Shown: piece by piece, positions 46,842 through 56,306 of the stretch
How the letters are laid out: the number at the start of each line of letters is the position of its first letter
How positions within the stretch are numbered: position 1 is the stretch's first letter
Source: Bacteroidota bacterium
Lineage (GTDB): Bacteria; Bacteroidota; Ignavibacteria; Kryptoniales; JAKASW01
NCBI GenBank assembly: GCA_021825585.1
Contig: JAKAGT010000016.1
Span: forward strand, 33,617 to 97,616
Direction: 5' to 3'
Length of the DNA: 64,000 bases
Translations under genes and position numbers: made by a program
Notes under the pieces: generated by a model
Databases searched by the model: none
The model's input: the letters and a program-made list of their open reading frames with translations, nothing else
What the model was told of the DNA's origin: nothing

Positions 46842-47960
46842 CTACTCATCAACCGAAGCCGGCGATTTCAGCTTGGATATTTTTCCGGCGACCAATTCGT
46901 ATACAGTACTCTTTGAAGTCCCCAGTGACTTGGCCACCGACTTGTAGTTACCGGAACAAACAGTCAATGCGGCCTCAACGAGATTCTCCTTGAAGCATCT
47001 TTCTTTTTCCCTGAGGTTGAGATTCTCACCGCGTAATATTCCGCAGTTCATGGCGTCAAACTTCCCCTCCGGCAAATGACTGACGTCCACCAGGTCTTCG
47101 TTCTCGTCGAGCACCGCTATTGTGTATTCAACGACGTTTTTCAATTCCCTTATGTTGCCTGGCCAGCTGTAGCAGGAGAATATCTCCATCACTTCCGGGG
47201 AGACCACGACTCCTTCACGGCCATTGGCATCAAGGAAATATCTGACAAGGGCGGGAATTTCATCTATCCGTTCTCGCAGCGGCGGGATGGTCAGTTCACA
47301 GGCGTGGATTCTATGGTACAAATCTACTCTGAAGGTTTTGTTCTTGACCATTTGAGCGATATCCTCGCCGGTTGCGCCCACCAGTCTGAAATTGACTTTC
47401 CTGGGTGCGACGGAGCCGACCGGATAAAACTCCTGATATTCCAGCGCTCGCAGCAATTTCTTCTGGACCGCCAGGCTCATTTCCGCCACCTCGTCGAGGA
47501 AGAGAGTACCGCCGTCTGCGATTTCAAAGAAGCCCGTCTTATCGCCGCGCGCATCTGTGAAGGCTCCCTTCACGTATCCGAAGAGCTCACTTTCCAGCAG
47601 GTTATCGGGAATCGCCGCGCAGTTTATTGCCACGAAGCTTCCCGTCGAGTTTCTCGGCGAATTCTCATGTACATACCTTGCCAGGATCTCCTTCCCACTT
47701 CCGGTTTCGCCCGTAATCAGCATTGGTAAGTCAGATTTGGAAAGCTTTCTGGCCCTGTCATAAATCCTCTTCATGGCGTCATTTCGCATCACCGGGAGAG
47801 CTAGAGCAATGATGGCGGCGTTCGACGCCAGCCAATGCGCGCCATGAGAGAATGTCGGAATCAAATGACTCGCCGCACTGCAGAGAATGCCTGACAGGAC
47901 ACTCGCCTTTAGGGCGAAAACAATTGTTATGGCTGACATATCCATGATGTTCCTTTTCAT
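46842..47960 (-). CDS. sigma-54-dependent transcriptional activator without receiver domain
   Basis: 372 aa with an AAA+ sigma-54 interaction domain (ITGETGSGKE, ESELFGYVKGAFTDA, GTLFLDEV) and a C-terminal Fis-type HTH. The N-terminal ~55 aa are hydrophobic instead of REC/GAF/PAS. The ATGA overlap with the permease stop indicates co-transcription. Confidence 0.9.
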   Translation of the reverse strand: MKRNIMDMSAITIVFALKASVLSGILCSAASHLIPTFSHGAHWLASNAAIIALALPVMRNDAMKRIYDRARKLSKSDLPMLITGETGSGKEILARYVHENSPRNSTGSFVAINCAAIPDNLLESELFGYVKGAFTDARGDKTGFFEIADGGTLFLDEVAEMSLAVQKKLLRALEYQEFYPVGSVAPRKVNFRLVGATGEDIAQMVKNKTFRVDLYHRIHACELTIPPLRERIDEIPALVRYFLDANGREGVVVSPEVMEIFSCYSWPGNIRELKNVVEYTIAVLDENEDLVDVSHLPEGKFDAMNCGILRGENLNLREKERCFKENLVEAALTVCSGNYKSVAKSLGTSKSTVYELVAGKISKLKSPASVDE

Positions 47961-50377
47961 TCATATCTAAGGGCATTCACCGGGTTTGAAACACCTGCCT
48001 TAATCGCCTGAAAGCTCAATGTGAGCATGGCGGTCAAAAAGACAATCAAACCCGAAATGATGAACACCCATACGTTAATGGTGATCTTGTATTCGAATTT
48101 CTGAAGCCACTTGTTCATGAAGAAGTATGCCGTCGGCCATGCAACGGCTCCCGCAATTGCAACGAGCTTGATCGACTCCTTGGACAACATCAGAACTATG
48201 CTTAACACCGAAGCGCCAAGAACTTTTCTAACACCTATTTCCTTTATCCGTTGTTCGCTCGTGTATAGAGTGAGCCCGAAGAGACCCAGGCAAGCCACCA
48301 GGAGTGCCACCGAAGAGAAGAGTGCAAGGAGGTGCTCGTTCTTGACCTCATTGCCATACTGACTGTCCAGGTAGCTGCCAAGGAAGCCATAATCGAAGGG
48401 CTGGCGCGGCATCAGGTTATTCCAGGTCTTCGACACGAAATCGACGGTCGACCCTATGTCCTTAGGAGCGACTCTTACAACAAGGTACTGGCATTTGTCA
48501 GGTCTCAGCCACATGACGAGAGGATCGATCTTGTTTTGCAGAGAGAAGTAATTGAAGTCTCTCACAACGCCAACCACGGAGAAAATCTGTCCGTTTCCCA
48601 ATTGAATCTTTTTCCCCACAGGACTGCTCCAGCCAAGCGTTCTTCTCATTGTCTCGTTGATAATCACGGACGATGAGTCTGATGGGAATTGCATAGAGAA
48701 ATCCCTTCCTTCGACGATCTTCATGCCCATTGTCCTGATATAGCCGTAGTCAATGTAGCTCTCCCTCACTATCAAACGGGACTGACCGTTCGTCTCAGGC
48801 ACTAACACGGTTCCTTGTGTGGAAGCGGAACCGGTCAACTCGCCAGCCGACACGGCTAGAACTTTAGGGTTTGTAAGGAGTCTTTCACTAATCAACGGGA
48901 TCTTGCTTCTGGAATCTGCATTTCGCAGCGGAATGTATACTATGTTTTTCTTGTCGAACCCTAATGGCTTGCTGTAGACATAATTCATCTGATCGACCAC
49001 GATGCTTGTCCCGGTAACGAGCCCCATGGCTATGCTGAATTGCAGCATTATCAACGCTTTCCTGAGGATTATCCCGCGCTTGCTGGACGAAAATCTTCCC
49101 CTGAGCAAATCGACCGGGCGAAACGAGGAGAGATAAAACGCGGGATAGATTCCTGCAATGAAGCCCACAACGACCGCTATCAGGGCAAGCATTAGGAGGA
49201 ACGGCCACTGATTATTGTAAGAGACGATTATCCGGTCGTCCATCATTGAGTTAAACGAGGGAAGGAGAGCCTCGACAATGGGAAGGGAAATGAGGAAGCC
49301 ACTGAAGGAAAGCAAAATAGATTCTCCGATGAACTGATAAATAAGGTGCGAGTGGAACGATCCTAGCAGTTTGCGGATTCCCACTTCTCGAGTCCTTATC
49401 CCAGAGCGGGCTGTTGTAAGATTGATGAAGTTTATACACGCAAGGACAATCACGAACAACGCTATCATGATGAAAAGCCTGACGTGCTCGATGTTCCCCT
49501 TGTCATAATTAACCTGATAAAGTATGCGGCCTGAATGAAGGTGGATGCTTATGAGAGGCTGCAAATACATCTTCAAACCGTTCCAGACGTTCTGTGGTAG
49601 ATTGGCTTTGAGAAACGCCGGGAGTTCCCTTTGAACCACGCCGGAAGACCGGCTGTCCTTCAGGAGAACATAAGTGACCACATCGTTGGTTGCCCATCCC
49701 TTGAAGAGATCCAGATGACTTTCGAGTGCACCCAGTGAAGCAATCATATGAAAATGCAAATGAGAGTTTCGCGGAAAATCCTTAACTACTCCAGTGACCT
49801 GAAATGCCTTCTGGGAAAGATCCGCGTCGATATCTATGAATTTCCCCAGAGGATCGATGTTCCCGAAGTATTTTCTCGCCGTCGACTGATCGATCACTAC
49901 ACTGTAAGGTCCATTGAACGCCGCGGAGGCGCTCCCTTCGACGAAGTGGAACGTGAAAATGTCGAAGATGCTCGAATCGGCGAAGGTCAGCCCGTCTTCG
50001 TAAAACCTCCTTTCTCCAAAGTGACACAGGACGGTTGGCCATGGAACAAATCTGGCTGCGTCCTCCACTTCCGGGAATTCTTTCTTCAAGGCCGGTGCCA
50101 GCTCAGGCATCGTGATGGCCACCTGCTGTACGCGAGCGCCCGGCGGGTTCTGAATCTCCACGACCCGGTATATCCGATCGGCCTTCTTATTGAACGTGTC
50201 GTAGTTGAACTCGTTAAGAACAAACAGCATTATAAGCGTGAAGAGCGTGAAGCCTATTGTGAGGCCTGCAATGTTTATGAAGGAGTAAACCTTGGAGCTT
50301 GAGATACTTCTGAGAACGGTTTTAACGTAGCTCCAGAACACCCCGTGTCCCTTCCGTAATATTCTCGTTGGCCACAT
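47957..50377 (-). CDS. MacB/FtsX-type ABC transporter permease (duplicated FtsX)
   Basis: 806 aa with the typical N-terminus (...YSFINIAGLTIGF), two FtsX 4-TM modules and two large extracytoplasmic domains. The start may be GTG 50341 rather than ATG 50377. Confidence 0.9.
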   Translation of the reverse strand: MWPTRILRKGHGVFWSYVKTVLRSISSSKVYSFINIAGLTIGFTLFTLIMLFVLNEFNYDTFNKKADRIYRVVEIQNPPGARVQQVAITMPELAPALKKEFPEVEDAARFVPWPTVLCHFGERRFYEDGLTFADSSIFDIFTFHFVEGSASAAFNGPYSVVIDQSTARKYFGNIDPLGKFIDIDADLSQKAFQVTGVVKDFPRNSHLHFHMIASLGALESHLDLFKGWATNDVVTYVLLKDSRSSGVVQRELPAFLKANLPQNVWNGLKMYLQPLISIHLHSGRILYQVNYDKGNIEHVRLFIMIALFVIVLACINFINLTTARSGIRTREVGIRKLLGSFHSHLIYQFIGESILLSFSGFLISLPIVEALLPSFNSMMDDRIIVSYNNQWPFLLMLALIAVVVGFIAGIYPAFYLSSFRPVDLLRGRFSSSKRGIILRKALIMLQFSIAMGLVTGTSIVVDQMNYVYSKPLGFDKKNIVYIPLRNADSRSKIPLISERLLTNPKVLAVSAGELTGSASTQGTVLVPETNGQSRLIVRESYIDYGYIRTMGMKIVEGRDFSMQFPSDSSSVIINETMRRTLGWSSPVGKKIQLGNGQIFSVVGVVRDFNYFSLQNKIDPLVMWLRPDKCQYLVVRVAPKDIGSTVDFVSKTWNNLMPRQPFDYGFLGSYLDSQYGNEVKNEHLLALFSSVALLVACLGLFGLTLYTSEQRIKEIGVRKVLGASVLSIVLMLSKESIKLVAIAGAVAWPTAYFFMNKWLQKFEYKITINVWVFIISGLIVFLTAMLTLSFQAIKAGVSNPVNALRYE

Positions 50378-51026
50378 GACCGTCGAACAGCTGAACTATC
50401 CTGTTTGCCCAGCTCGCGTATTCGGTCGAGTGTGTGACCATAACGACGGTAGCACCGCCCTCATTTAATCGTGCAAGCAGAGTCATCACTTCATCCCCGT
50501 TTCTGGAGTCGAGATTCCCGGTAGGTTCATCCGCGAGTATCAACTTCTGTTTACCCACTATTGCTCTGGCGACGGCCGCTCGTTGCTGCTGTCCTCCCGA
50601 CAACTGCTTCGGAAAGTGATTGCGCCTCGGGGTGAGACGCATCTTCTCCATAATGTCCATCACCATTTCTTTCCGCTCGGGAGAACCAATTCCCATATAT
50701 ATAAGCGGCAGCTCAATATTCTCGTAGACCGTCAATTCGTTTATCAGGTTGAAATTCTGAAACACGAAGCCGATGTATTTTCTTCGGAGCGCGGTACGCT
50801 GTTTCTCTGAGAACCTGGACACCTCCTGTCCGAGGAAGTAATGTTCCCCCTCAGTAGGGCTATCGAGAAGGCCAAGTATTGTAAGCAAAGTTGTCTTGCC
50901 GGATCCGGACGGCCCCATAATTGCAACAAACTCACCGGGATCGATACGCAAGTTCGCATTGGCGACTGCAACTGTCTCGACCTGATCGGTCCTGTAAACT
51001 TTCTTGAGATTACTGATTCGAATCAT
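50322..51026 (-). CDS. ABC transporter ATP-binding protein (MacB/LolD-like)
   Basis: 234 aa with Walker A GPSGSGKTT, signature LSGGQQQR and Walker B LILADEPTGNLD. Confidence 0.9.
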   Translation of the reverse strand: MIRISNLKKVYRTDQVETVAVANANLRIDPGEFVAIMGPSGSGKTTLLTILGLLDSPTEGEHYFLGQEVSRFSEKQRTALRRKYIGFVFQNFNLINELTVYENIELPLIYMGIGSPERKEMVMDIMEKMRLTPRRNHFPKQLSGGQQQRAAVARAIVGKQKLILADEPTGNLDSRNGDEVMTLLARLNEGGATVVMVTHSTEYASWANRIVQLFDGHVANENITEGTRGVLELR

Positions 51027-51064
51027 TTTCCGGGTCCTTTTTGGCTAAATAGCCCTTGAAAAAG

Positions 51065-51082
51065 CGTCAAAAATTGTGCCTT
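51065..51082 (-). promoter_or_regulatory. sigma-54-like -24/-12 element upstream of the ABC operon
   Basis: Minus strand aAGGCAC-AATTT-TTGAcg has correct spacing and a -12 of TTGA versus TTGC. It lies 40 nt upstream of the ATPase ATG, in the divergent region shared with the NtrC-type regulator gene. Confidence 0.4.
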
Positions 51083-51276
51083 ATTTTATGACACCAGTAG
51101 CATCCAGATACACGCACGCCGACTTAAAGTGTTCGCTTTCGATACACCGAGTGTGCGGATATGATACAGAGTCCGACTTAATCTGTCAGGAAAAAAGGAA
51201 ATGCAGCGGCGCGACCTTACTATGCCATGAGACGATCGGGGTTCGCATTATCAAGAAGGGATTATTAGATTTGTCC

Positions 51277-52659
51277 ATGACTTCAAATCCTGAAAAACAC
51301 GGCAGCGCTCTGATCGTCGATGACGATGCTGCTATCCTCACAGCGTTTAGTCTCCTTCTCAAGCCGCACCTTAGGCTGGTGGAAACCGAAAGAGATCCTC
51401 ATAATATAGAAAAACGGCTCAAAACAATATCACACGATGTAATTTTCCTGGATATGAACTTCGCCAAGGGATCGACGACGGGCGAAGAAGGATTCCTATG
51501 GCTCAACAGGATTCTCAAAATTGATCCCACGGCCATCGTGATTTTGATCACCGCCTACGGCGACATAGAAACAGCGGTGAGGGCCATCAAGGAAGGTGCG
51601 ACGGACTTCGTCGTGAAGCCGTGGCAAAACGAAAAGATCCTGGCGACTCTCTCGTCGGCCTTGAAGTTGAGGGAGTCTCAGGTAGAACTCGCGGCATCGC
51701 GTAATCGCGAGAAAGTACTCAGTGCCGATCTCGATCAGCCGTTCCATGAAATAATCGGCAAGTCAACAGCAATGCTTCAAATATTTGAAACGATACGGAA
51801 AGTAGCGGGAACGGAAGCGAATATTCTGATTCTGGGTGAAAACGGTACGGGTAAGGAGCTGGTGGCGCGTGCGATACATCGTTTCTCAATGAGAGCCGAA
51901 AGTTCTTTTATTGCCGTCGACATGGGGGCAATAAGCGAGACTTTGTTTGAAAGCGAACTCTTCGGCCATGAAAAGGGGGCCTTCACCGGCGCCTCAAATG
52001 ATCGAATGGGGAGATTTGAAATCGCATCCAGGGGTACGCTTTTCCTCGATGAGATAGGAAATCTCCCGTTCTCACTTCAGGCCAAATTGCTCGCCGTAGT
52101 CGAGAGACGCGAGATCACGAGGGTCGGTTCCGATAGGCCGCGTCCGATCGATATTAGACTCATAACAGCCACGAACATGCCGATACATGAAATGGTGGCG
52201 CAGAAGAAGTTCAGAGAGGATTTATTATACAGGATAAACACCGTCGAGATAAATCTTCCTCCTCTGAGTCATCGGGTGGAAGATATCCCGCTGCTGGTCG
52301 AACATTTCGTACAACTTTACGGCAGGAAGTACCAGAAGCCGGGCATCCGTGTGTCTCCAGAAAGTATGAGGGTCTTGAGCGAATACCAGTGGCCCGGCAA
52401 TGTCAGGGAGCTGCAGCACGTCATAGAACGAGCGGTGATATTGAGCGAATCCGACTCCCTGCATCCCGAGGAGATGATTCTCAAACCGGCTGCAGCTGCG
52501 CACCCGGATAATGCGGCTGATCATTCGCTCGACGAAATCGAGAAGAAACACGTTGAGATGATGATCAAGAAACACGATGGAAACGTTACCGAAGCGGCAA
52601 AGGAACTCGGCCTGACACGGACTGCCCTCTACAGGAGAATCAAGAAATACGGAATATGA
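51277..52659 (+). CDS. NtrC-family sigma-54-dependent response regulator
   Basis: REC (LIVDDDAAIL...FLDMNF), AAA+ (GENGTGKE, ESELFGHEKGAFTGA) and Fis HTH domains. The conserved protein begins at MTSNPEKHGSALIVDDD. The ORF-track start 51076 would overlap the divergent promoter region. Confidence 0.9.
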   Translation: MTSNPEKHGSALIVDDDAAILTAFSLLLKPHLRLVETERDPHNIEKRLKTISHDVIFLDMNFAKGSTTGEEGFLWLNRILKIDPTAIVILITAYGDIETAVRAIKEGATDFVVKPWQNEKILATLSSALKLRESQVELAASRNREKVLSADLDQPFHEIIGKSTAMLQIFETIRKVAGTEANILILGENGTGKELVARAIHRFSMRAESSFIAVDMGAISETLFESELFGHEKGAFTGASNDRMGRFEIASRGTLFLDEIGNLPFSLQAKLLAVVERREITRVGSDRPRPIDIRLITATNMPIHEMVAQKKFREDLLYRINTVEINLPPLSHRVEDIPLLVEHFVQLYGRKYQKPGIRVSPESMRVLSEYQWPGNVRELQHVIERAVILSESDSLHPEEMILKPAAAAHPDNAADHSLDEIEKKHVEMMIKKHDGNVTEAAKELGLTRTALYRRIKKYGI

Positions 52660-52740
52660 ACGAATCGCCGCACGCCGCAGAACGCCCGTCGTTAAGATCA
52701 TCTTCCTATCTGTGCTAATGCATAACGGAAGAACGTCGCT

Positions 52741-54096
52741 ATGACTCTTGACCGCTTCCGCCTGGCCAGTGTTTCGCGTACGTTATTGTTAACTGCGACC
52801 GTATCGCTGCTCGCCTACCTTCTCTTTCGCACCGTCCTGTACGAGATGGCTGCGCTCGTTGGCTTAATTGCGTTGTACCAGCTGTTCTCCTTCATTCGCT
52901 GGATAGAGAGAAAAAATATCAGGTTGGCCAGATTCCTGGAAGCCATTGAGGCCGCCGATTTCACGCAGACTTTCAGCAATAACACAAGGAGCAAAGCCTT
53001 CGATGAACTGAACAGAAGCCTGAACAGGATCGCCCAGAGATTCGAGGAGATGAGAGTCGAAACAGAGGATCAGTTCCAATATCTGCAGTTCGTCGTCGAA
53101 CAGCTAACCGTCGGTCTGATCGCCTTCCGTCAGGACGGGAAGATTGATATGATAAACCGTGCCGCCAAACGCTTACTCGGCGTGCCGCAGCTCAAGAACG
53201 TCAAAGACCTCAGGCCCCTCAGCAACGACTTGTACGAGGTACTCATCAGCGCCAACCCACGTAAGAGGAACCTCGTGAGCATGGAGAGCGGTAATGTATC
53301 GGTAAGGCTTGCCATACAGATCTCCGGATTCAGGATGAGAGAGGTGAGCTACACTCTTGCATCGCTGCAGGACATGCGGGGTGAACTGGAAGAGATAGAA
53401 CTCGACGCCTGGCAGAATCTGATACGCGTATTGACGCACGAGATTGTCAACTCCATCGCTCCGATAGCATCACTGGCCTCAACCGCAAACAGACTCCTGT
53501 CCGACACGAGCTGGCAGTCGCCGGAGAAAGGAGAGGCTGCCCCGCCTGCTCTTGAGGACGTCCAGACCGCTGTGCGGACTATCGAGGCCAGGAGCGAAGG
53601 GCTGCTCCGTTTTGTCAATTCCTACAGGACCCTTACACATATTCCGAATCCGAAGTTCAGGATCTTCCCGATCTGGATGCTGTTTTCCCGGGTCGAACAA
53701 CTCGTCAGGTCGGCAGTAACCCAGAGCGGCATAACACTGACTACCAGCGTTACCCCTCAGTCGTTGGAACTGACGGCAGACCCGGACCTGCTGGAGCAAG
53801 TGCTTCTAAACCTTCTGATGAATTCAATTCAGGCTCTCGATGGCAAGACAGGCGGGCAGATTATCCTGTCGGCTCAGCTCGAGGAAAAGGGAAAGATAAG
53901 TATACGCGTTGAGGACAACGGCTTGGGGATTCCCAAAGATATTCAGGAAAAAATCTTCATTCCATTTTTTACGACAAAGGAGAGCGGCTCCGGGATCGGG
54001 CTCAGCCTCTCTCGCCAGATACTGCATTCACACCAGGCACTGATCAGCGTGTGGTCGCATCCGGACGAGAAGACGGTATTTACAATAGTCTTTTGA
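52741..54096 (+). CDS. sensor histidine kinase with two TM helices and almost no periplasmic loop
   Basis: 451 aa. TM1 and TM2 are separated by about 6 residues (RTVLYE). These are followed by a linker, a PAS-like segment, an H-box (LTHEIVNSIAPI) and HATPase_c (DNGLGIP...GSGIGLSLS). Confidence 0.85.
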   Translation: MTLDRFRLASVSRTLLLTATVSLLAYLLFRTVLYEMAALVGLIALYQLFSFIRWIERKNIRLARFLEAIEAADFTQTFSNNTRSKAFDELNRSLNRIAQRFEEMRVETEDQFQYLQFVVEQLTVGLIAFRQDGKIDMINRAAKRLLGVPQLKNVKDLRPLSNDLYEVLISANPRKRNLVSMESGNVSVRLAIQISGFRMREVSYTLASLQDMRGELEEIELDAWQNLIRVLTHEIVNSIAPIASLASTANRLLSDTSWQSPEKGEAAPPALEDVQTAVRTIEARSEGLLRFVNSYRTLTHIPNPKFRIFPIWMLFSRVEQLVRSAVTQSGITLTTSVTPQSLELTADPDLLEQVLLNLLMNSIQALDGKTGGQIILSAQLEEKGKISIRVEDNGLGIPKDIQEKIFIPFFTTKESGSGIGLSLSRQILHSHQALISVWSHPDEKTVFTIVF

Positions 54097-54124
54097 TTAA
54101 TAGGTGAACGAGGGATTGTCCGCT

Positions 54125-54280
54125 GAAATTGTGCGAGCCGCAGAGGAGAGGCGGCTGCCGGTGTCCGGTGCGGCCTCCTGGGGTCTGGATCATGGCGCAT
54201 GGCTTCCATTATATTTCATGTTTCCCGAACTGCGCGACCAGATACTTAAGCTGGGGACGCCGAATCTGACGGTTAGCTGA
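54125..54280 (+). pseudogene. orphan internal fragment of a LigB/YgiD-type extradiol dioxygenase
   Basis: A 51-codon frame reads ...AASWGLDHGAWLPLYFMFPE...ILKLG...; the GLDHGAWxPL motif is characteristic. There is no start codon and no remainder of the gene. Confidence 0.5.
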
Positions 54281-54311
54281 CCATGCCCGCCTTCCGTAGG
54301 ATGTTTCGACT

Positions 54312-56306
54312 TCATTTTAAAAGGAGCATCTTACGTGTGGCGGCGTATCTATCGGTCGTGATCCTGTAGAAGTAAACTCCGCTTGCCAGTTCGTCACCGT
54401 TGAAGATTACTCTGTAACTTCCCGCTTTCTGATTCCCCTCGACCAGCGTTTCCACCTGCCTCCCGAGAATGTCGTACACTTTGAGTGTTACAAAACTGCT
54501 CGAAGGGAGCTGGTAGCTGATGACGGTCGTTGGATTGAATGGATTTGGGTAGTTCTGGCTAAGCATAAAGGCAAGCGGCACGACGTGAGGGGGGAGGATC
54601 GAATCCACCGTGGCACTGTCGCCGTAAACCTGGATCTCAGAAATAGAATAGGGCCCGTTACCCGGCTGTGCAAACTGGAACCGGAGATATCTGCCTACAC
54701 CGTGAAGATTTCCCAACGTTTGGACACCATCCGACGCGACCGAGTTCAGCGTCACTGTCGTAAGAGGGATCCAGTTCGTCAGATCGCTCAATATTTCGAC
54801 TGAATCCTGTCTTGCAAAGGTCTGGCTTGCCCAGTAAATGACGATCCTGCCGATCGAGTCCACCGTTCCCAGGTCCATCTGCACCCACTGAGACGGCGCT
54901 GAACCTGCCTGCCAACGTGTCGATATGTTGCCGTCGGTAATGTTCATGGGGCTGCTGGTCGGGTCGGCAACGGTATCGTTTGAGGAAGCGGTAACGGCAG
55001 CGTCCAGCGACTTGTTGACTATGTTTACGCCGACATCTTGCGGATAGTCGTCGTGCATCAAACTGAGCGACTGCAGGATTCGCGATTGTTCCGTACCTCC
55101 CGAACCGTAGGACCAATCCAGGGCGCCTGCGTAACCGTTAGAGTAAATATCCGGGTAAATGCTGGACCACGTCAGGTTCGAAAAAAGAGAGCTCGAGAGA
55201 AGATTCGAGAACATGAACTCAGCAATCACGAGAGGTTTTGTCAGTTTCCAGGTGGAGTAGGGGACGAGGAACGGGGCGACAGCGGCTCCTTCCCATGTGT
55301 AATAGTGAACGGAGTAGAAATCAAGCGTTCCCAGGGGATCGCCTCCAGCGGCTATAAGTCGGCTATCGGTGTAGTAATTGAAATTCGTGGTCGCGGCAAC
55401 CCTGTCCATGAATTCCTGCATCTGCTGGACGGTGAAGCTAGTCCTGTGAGTTGCGTTGAAATCATCGGTTATGCGCTGCATCTGGTCAGGTGAAATGCCA
55501 TCGAGTTTTTTCAGCCACGCTCGTTTGGCCGACAAGAGGGGAGTCACATCCGTTATGCTGAGGAAACCTACAGCTCCGGTTGTGACCAGTGCGCCCGGGT
55601 CAGCTCTGTGTATGGCTCCAGCCATTAGATTAACGCTTCTCTGAATATCCGACATCTGAATATGGTCATATCCTCCCCAGGCAATCGGCGGGGCAACACC
55701 TTCCATTTCGTTGAAGATCTCCCAGGCGACAATTGCAGGATTGTCTTTCACGGAGTCCACCATCGGGACAAGCGCATTTCGGATAAACGCCATAGTATAC
55801 GACGTGTCGGTAAGCAATTTATAATTGTCGTTCAACTGGGTGGACGTCATGTTCTCCGACGGCGGCTCGCTCATCATGTCGAACGACCATAGACAGAGTA
55901 TCAAACCTATATTGTTCTGCTGCGCCAGATTCAGGATCTTCCTAAGATCCTGAATTGCGTACGGGCCGGGACCTGTAACGTATCCGTTTGAGCCGAAGGC
56001 GGGAGTATTCACTCCGTTCGTGAACAACCAGAGCCGCATCACGTTGCCGCCGTTCTGATGCACAGTCTGAAAAATGGTCTGGAAACGTGAGAAGTTTACG
56101 CTGTTAGGAGAACTGGCGCTTCGGGGTCCGAGGTCCCCTGCGAAACTGACCCATGCTACGTTTGCGCCGCTGAGGAAAACATATTTGTTCGAGAATGGAA
56201 TCCTGGATTGGGCAAAGGCGGATGTTTGAATCGACAGTACCGAAATCAGTAATGCACCCATCAGGATCTTCGTTCGTCGGAATATGTCGACATGGTTCTT
56301 CTTCAT
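54312..56306 (-). CDS. secreted GH5-like glycoside hydrolase with F5/8 type C (discoidin) CBM and T9SS C-terminal sorting domain
   Basis: 664 aa with a signal peptide, a (beta/alpha)8 GH5-like region (WEIFNEMEG) and a discoidin-like module (NITDGNISTRWQAG...WVQMDLG). C-terminal NYPNPFNPTTVISYQLP...GVYFYRI...KMLLLK matches the Por/T9SS CTD. Confidence 0.85.
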   Translation of the reverse strand: MKKNHVDIFRRTKILMGALLISVLSIQTSAFAQSRIPFSNKYVFLSGANVAWVSFAGDLGPRSASSPNSVNFSRFQTIFQTVHQNGGNVMRLWLFTNGVNTPAFGSNGYVTGPGPYAIQDLRKILNLAQQNNIGLILCLWSFDMMSEPPSENMTSTQLNDNYKLLTDTSYTMAFIRNALVPMVDSVKDNPAIVAWEIFNEMEGVAPPIAWGGYDHIQMSDIQRSVNLMAGAIHRADPGALVTTGAVGFLSITDVTPLLSAKRAWLKKLDGISPDQMQRITDDFNATHRTSFTVQQMQEFMDRVAATTNFNYYTDSRLIAAGGDPLGTLDFYSVHYYTWEGAAVAPFLVPYSTWKLTKPLVIAEFMFSNLLSSSLFSNLTWSSIYPDIYSNGYAGALDWSYGSGGTEQSRILQSLSLMHDDYPQDVGVNIVNKSLDAAVTASSNDTVADPTSSPMNITDGNISTRWQAGSAPSQWVQMDLGTVDSIGRIVIYWASQTFARQDSVEILSDLTNWIPLTTVTLNSVASDGVQTLGNLHGVGRYLRFQFAQPGNGPYSISEIQVYGDSATVDSILPPHVVPLAFMLSQNYPNPFNPTTVISYQLPSSSFVTLKVYDILGRQVETLVEGNQKAGSYRVIFNGDELASGVYFYRITTDRYAATRKMLLLK

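Noticed and set aside
51076-51276. 67-codon N-terminal extension of the NtrC-type regulator (ORF-track start 51076).
   Set aside because: The extension is not receiver-like. It would overlap the divergent sigma-54-like promoter, and the conserved REC domain starts right after the ATG at 51277.
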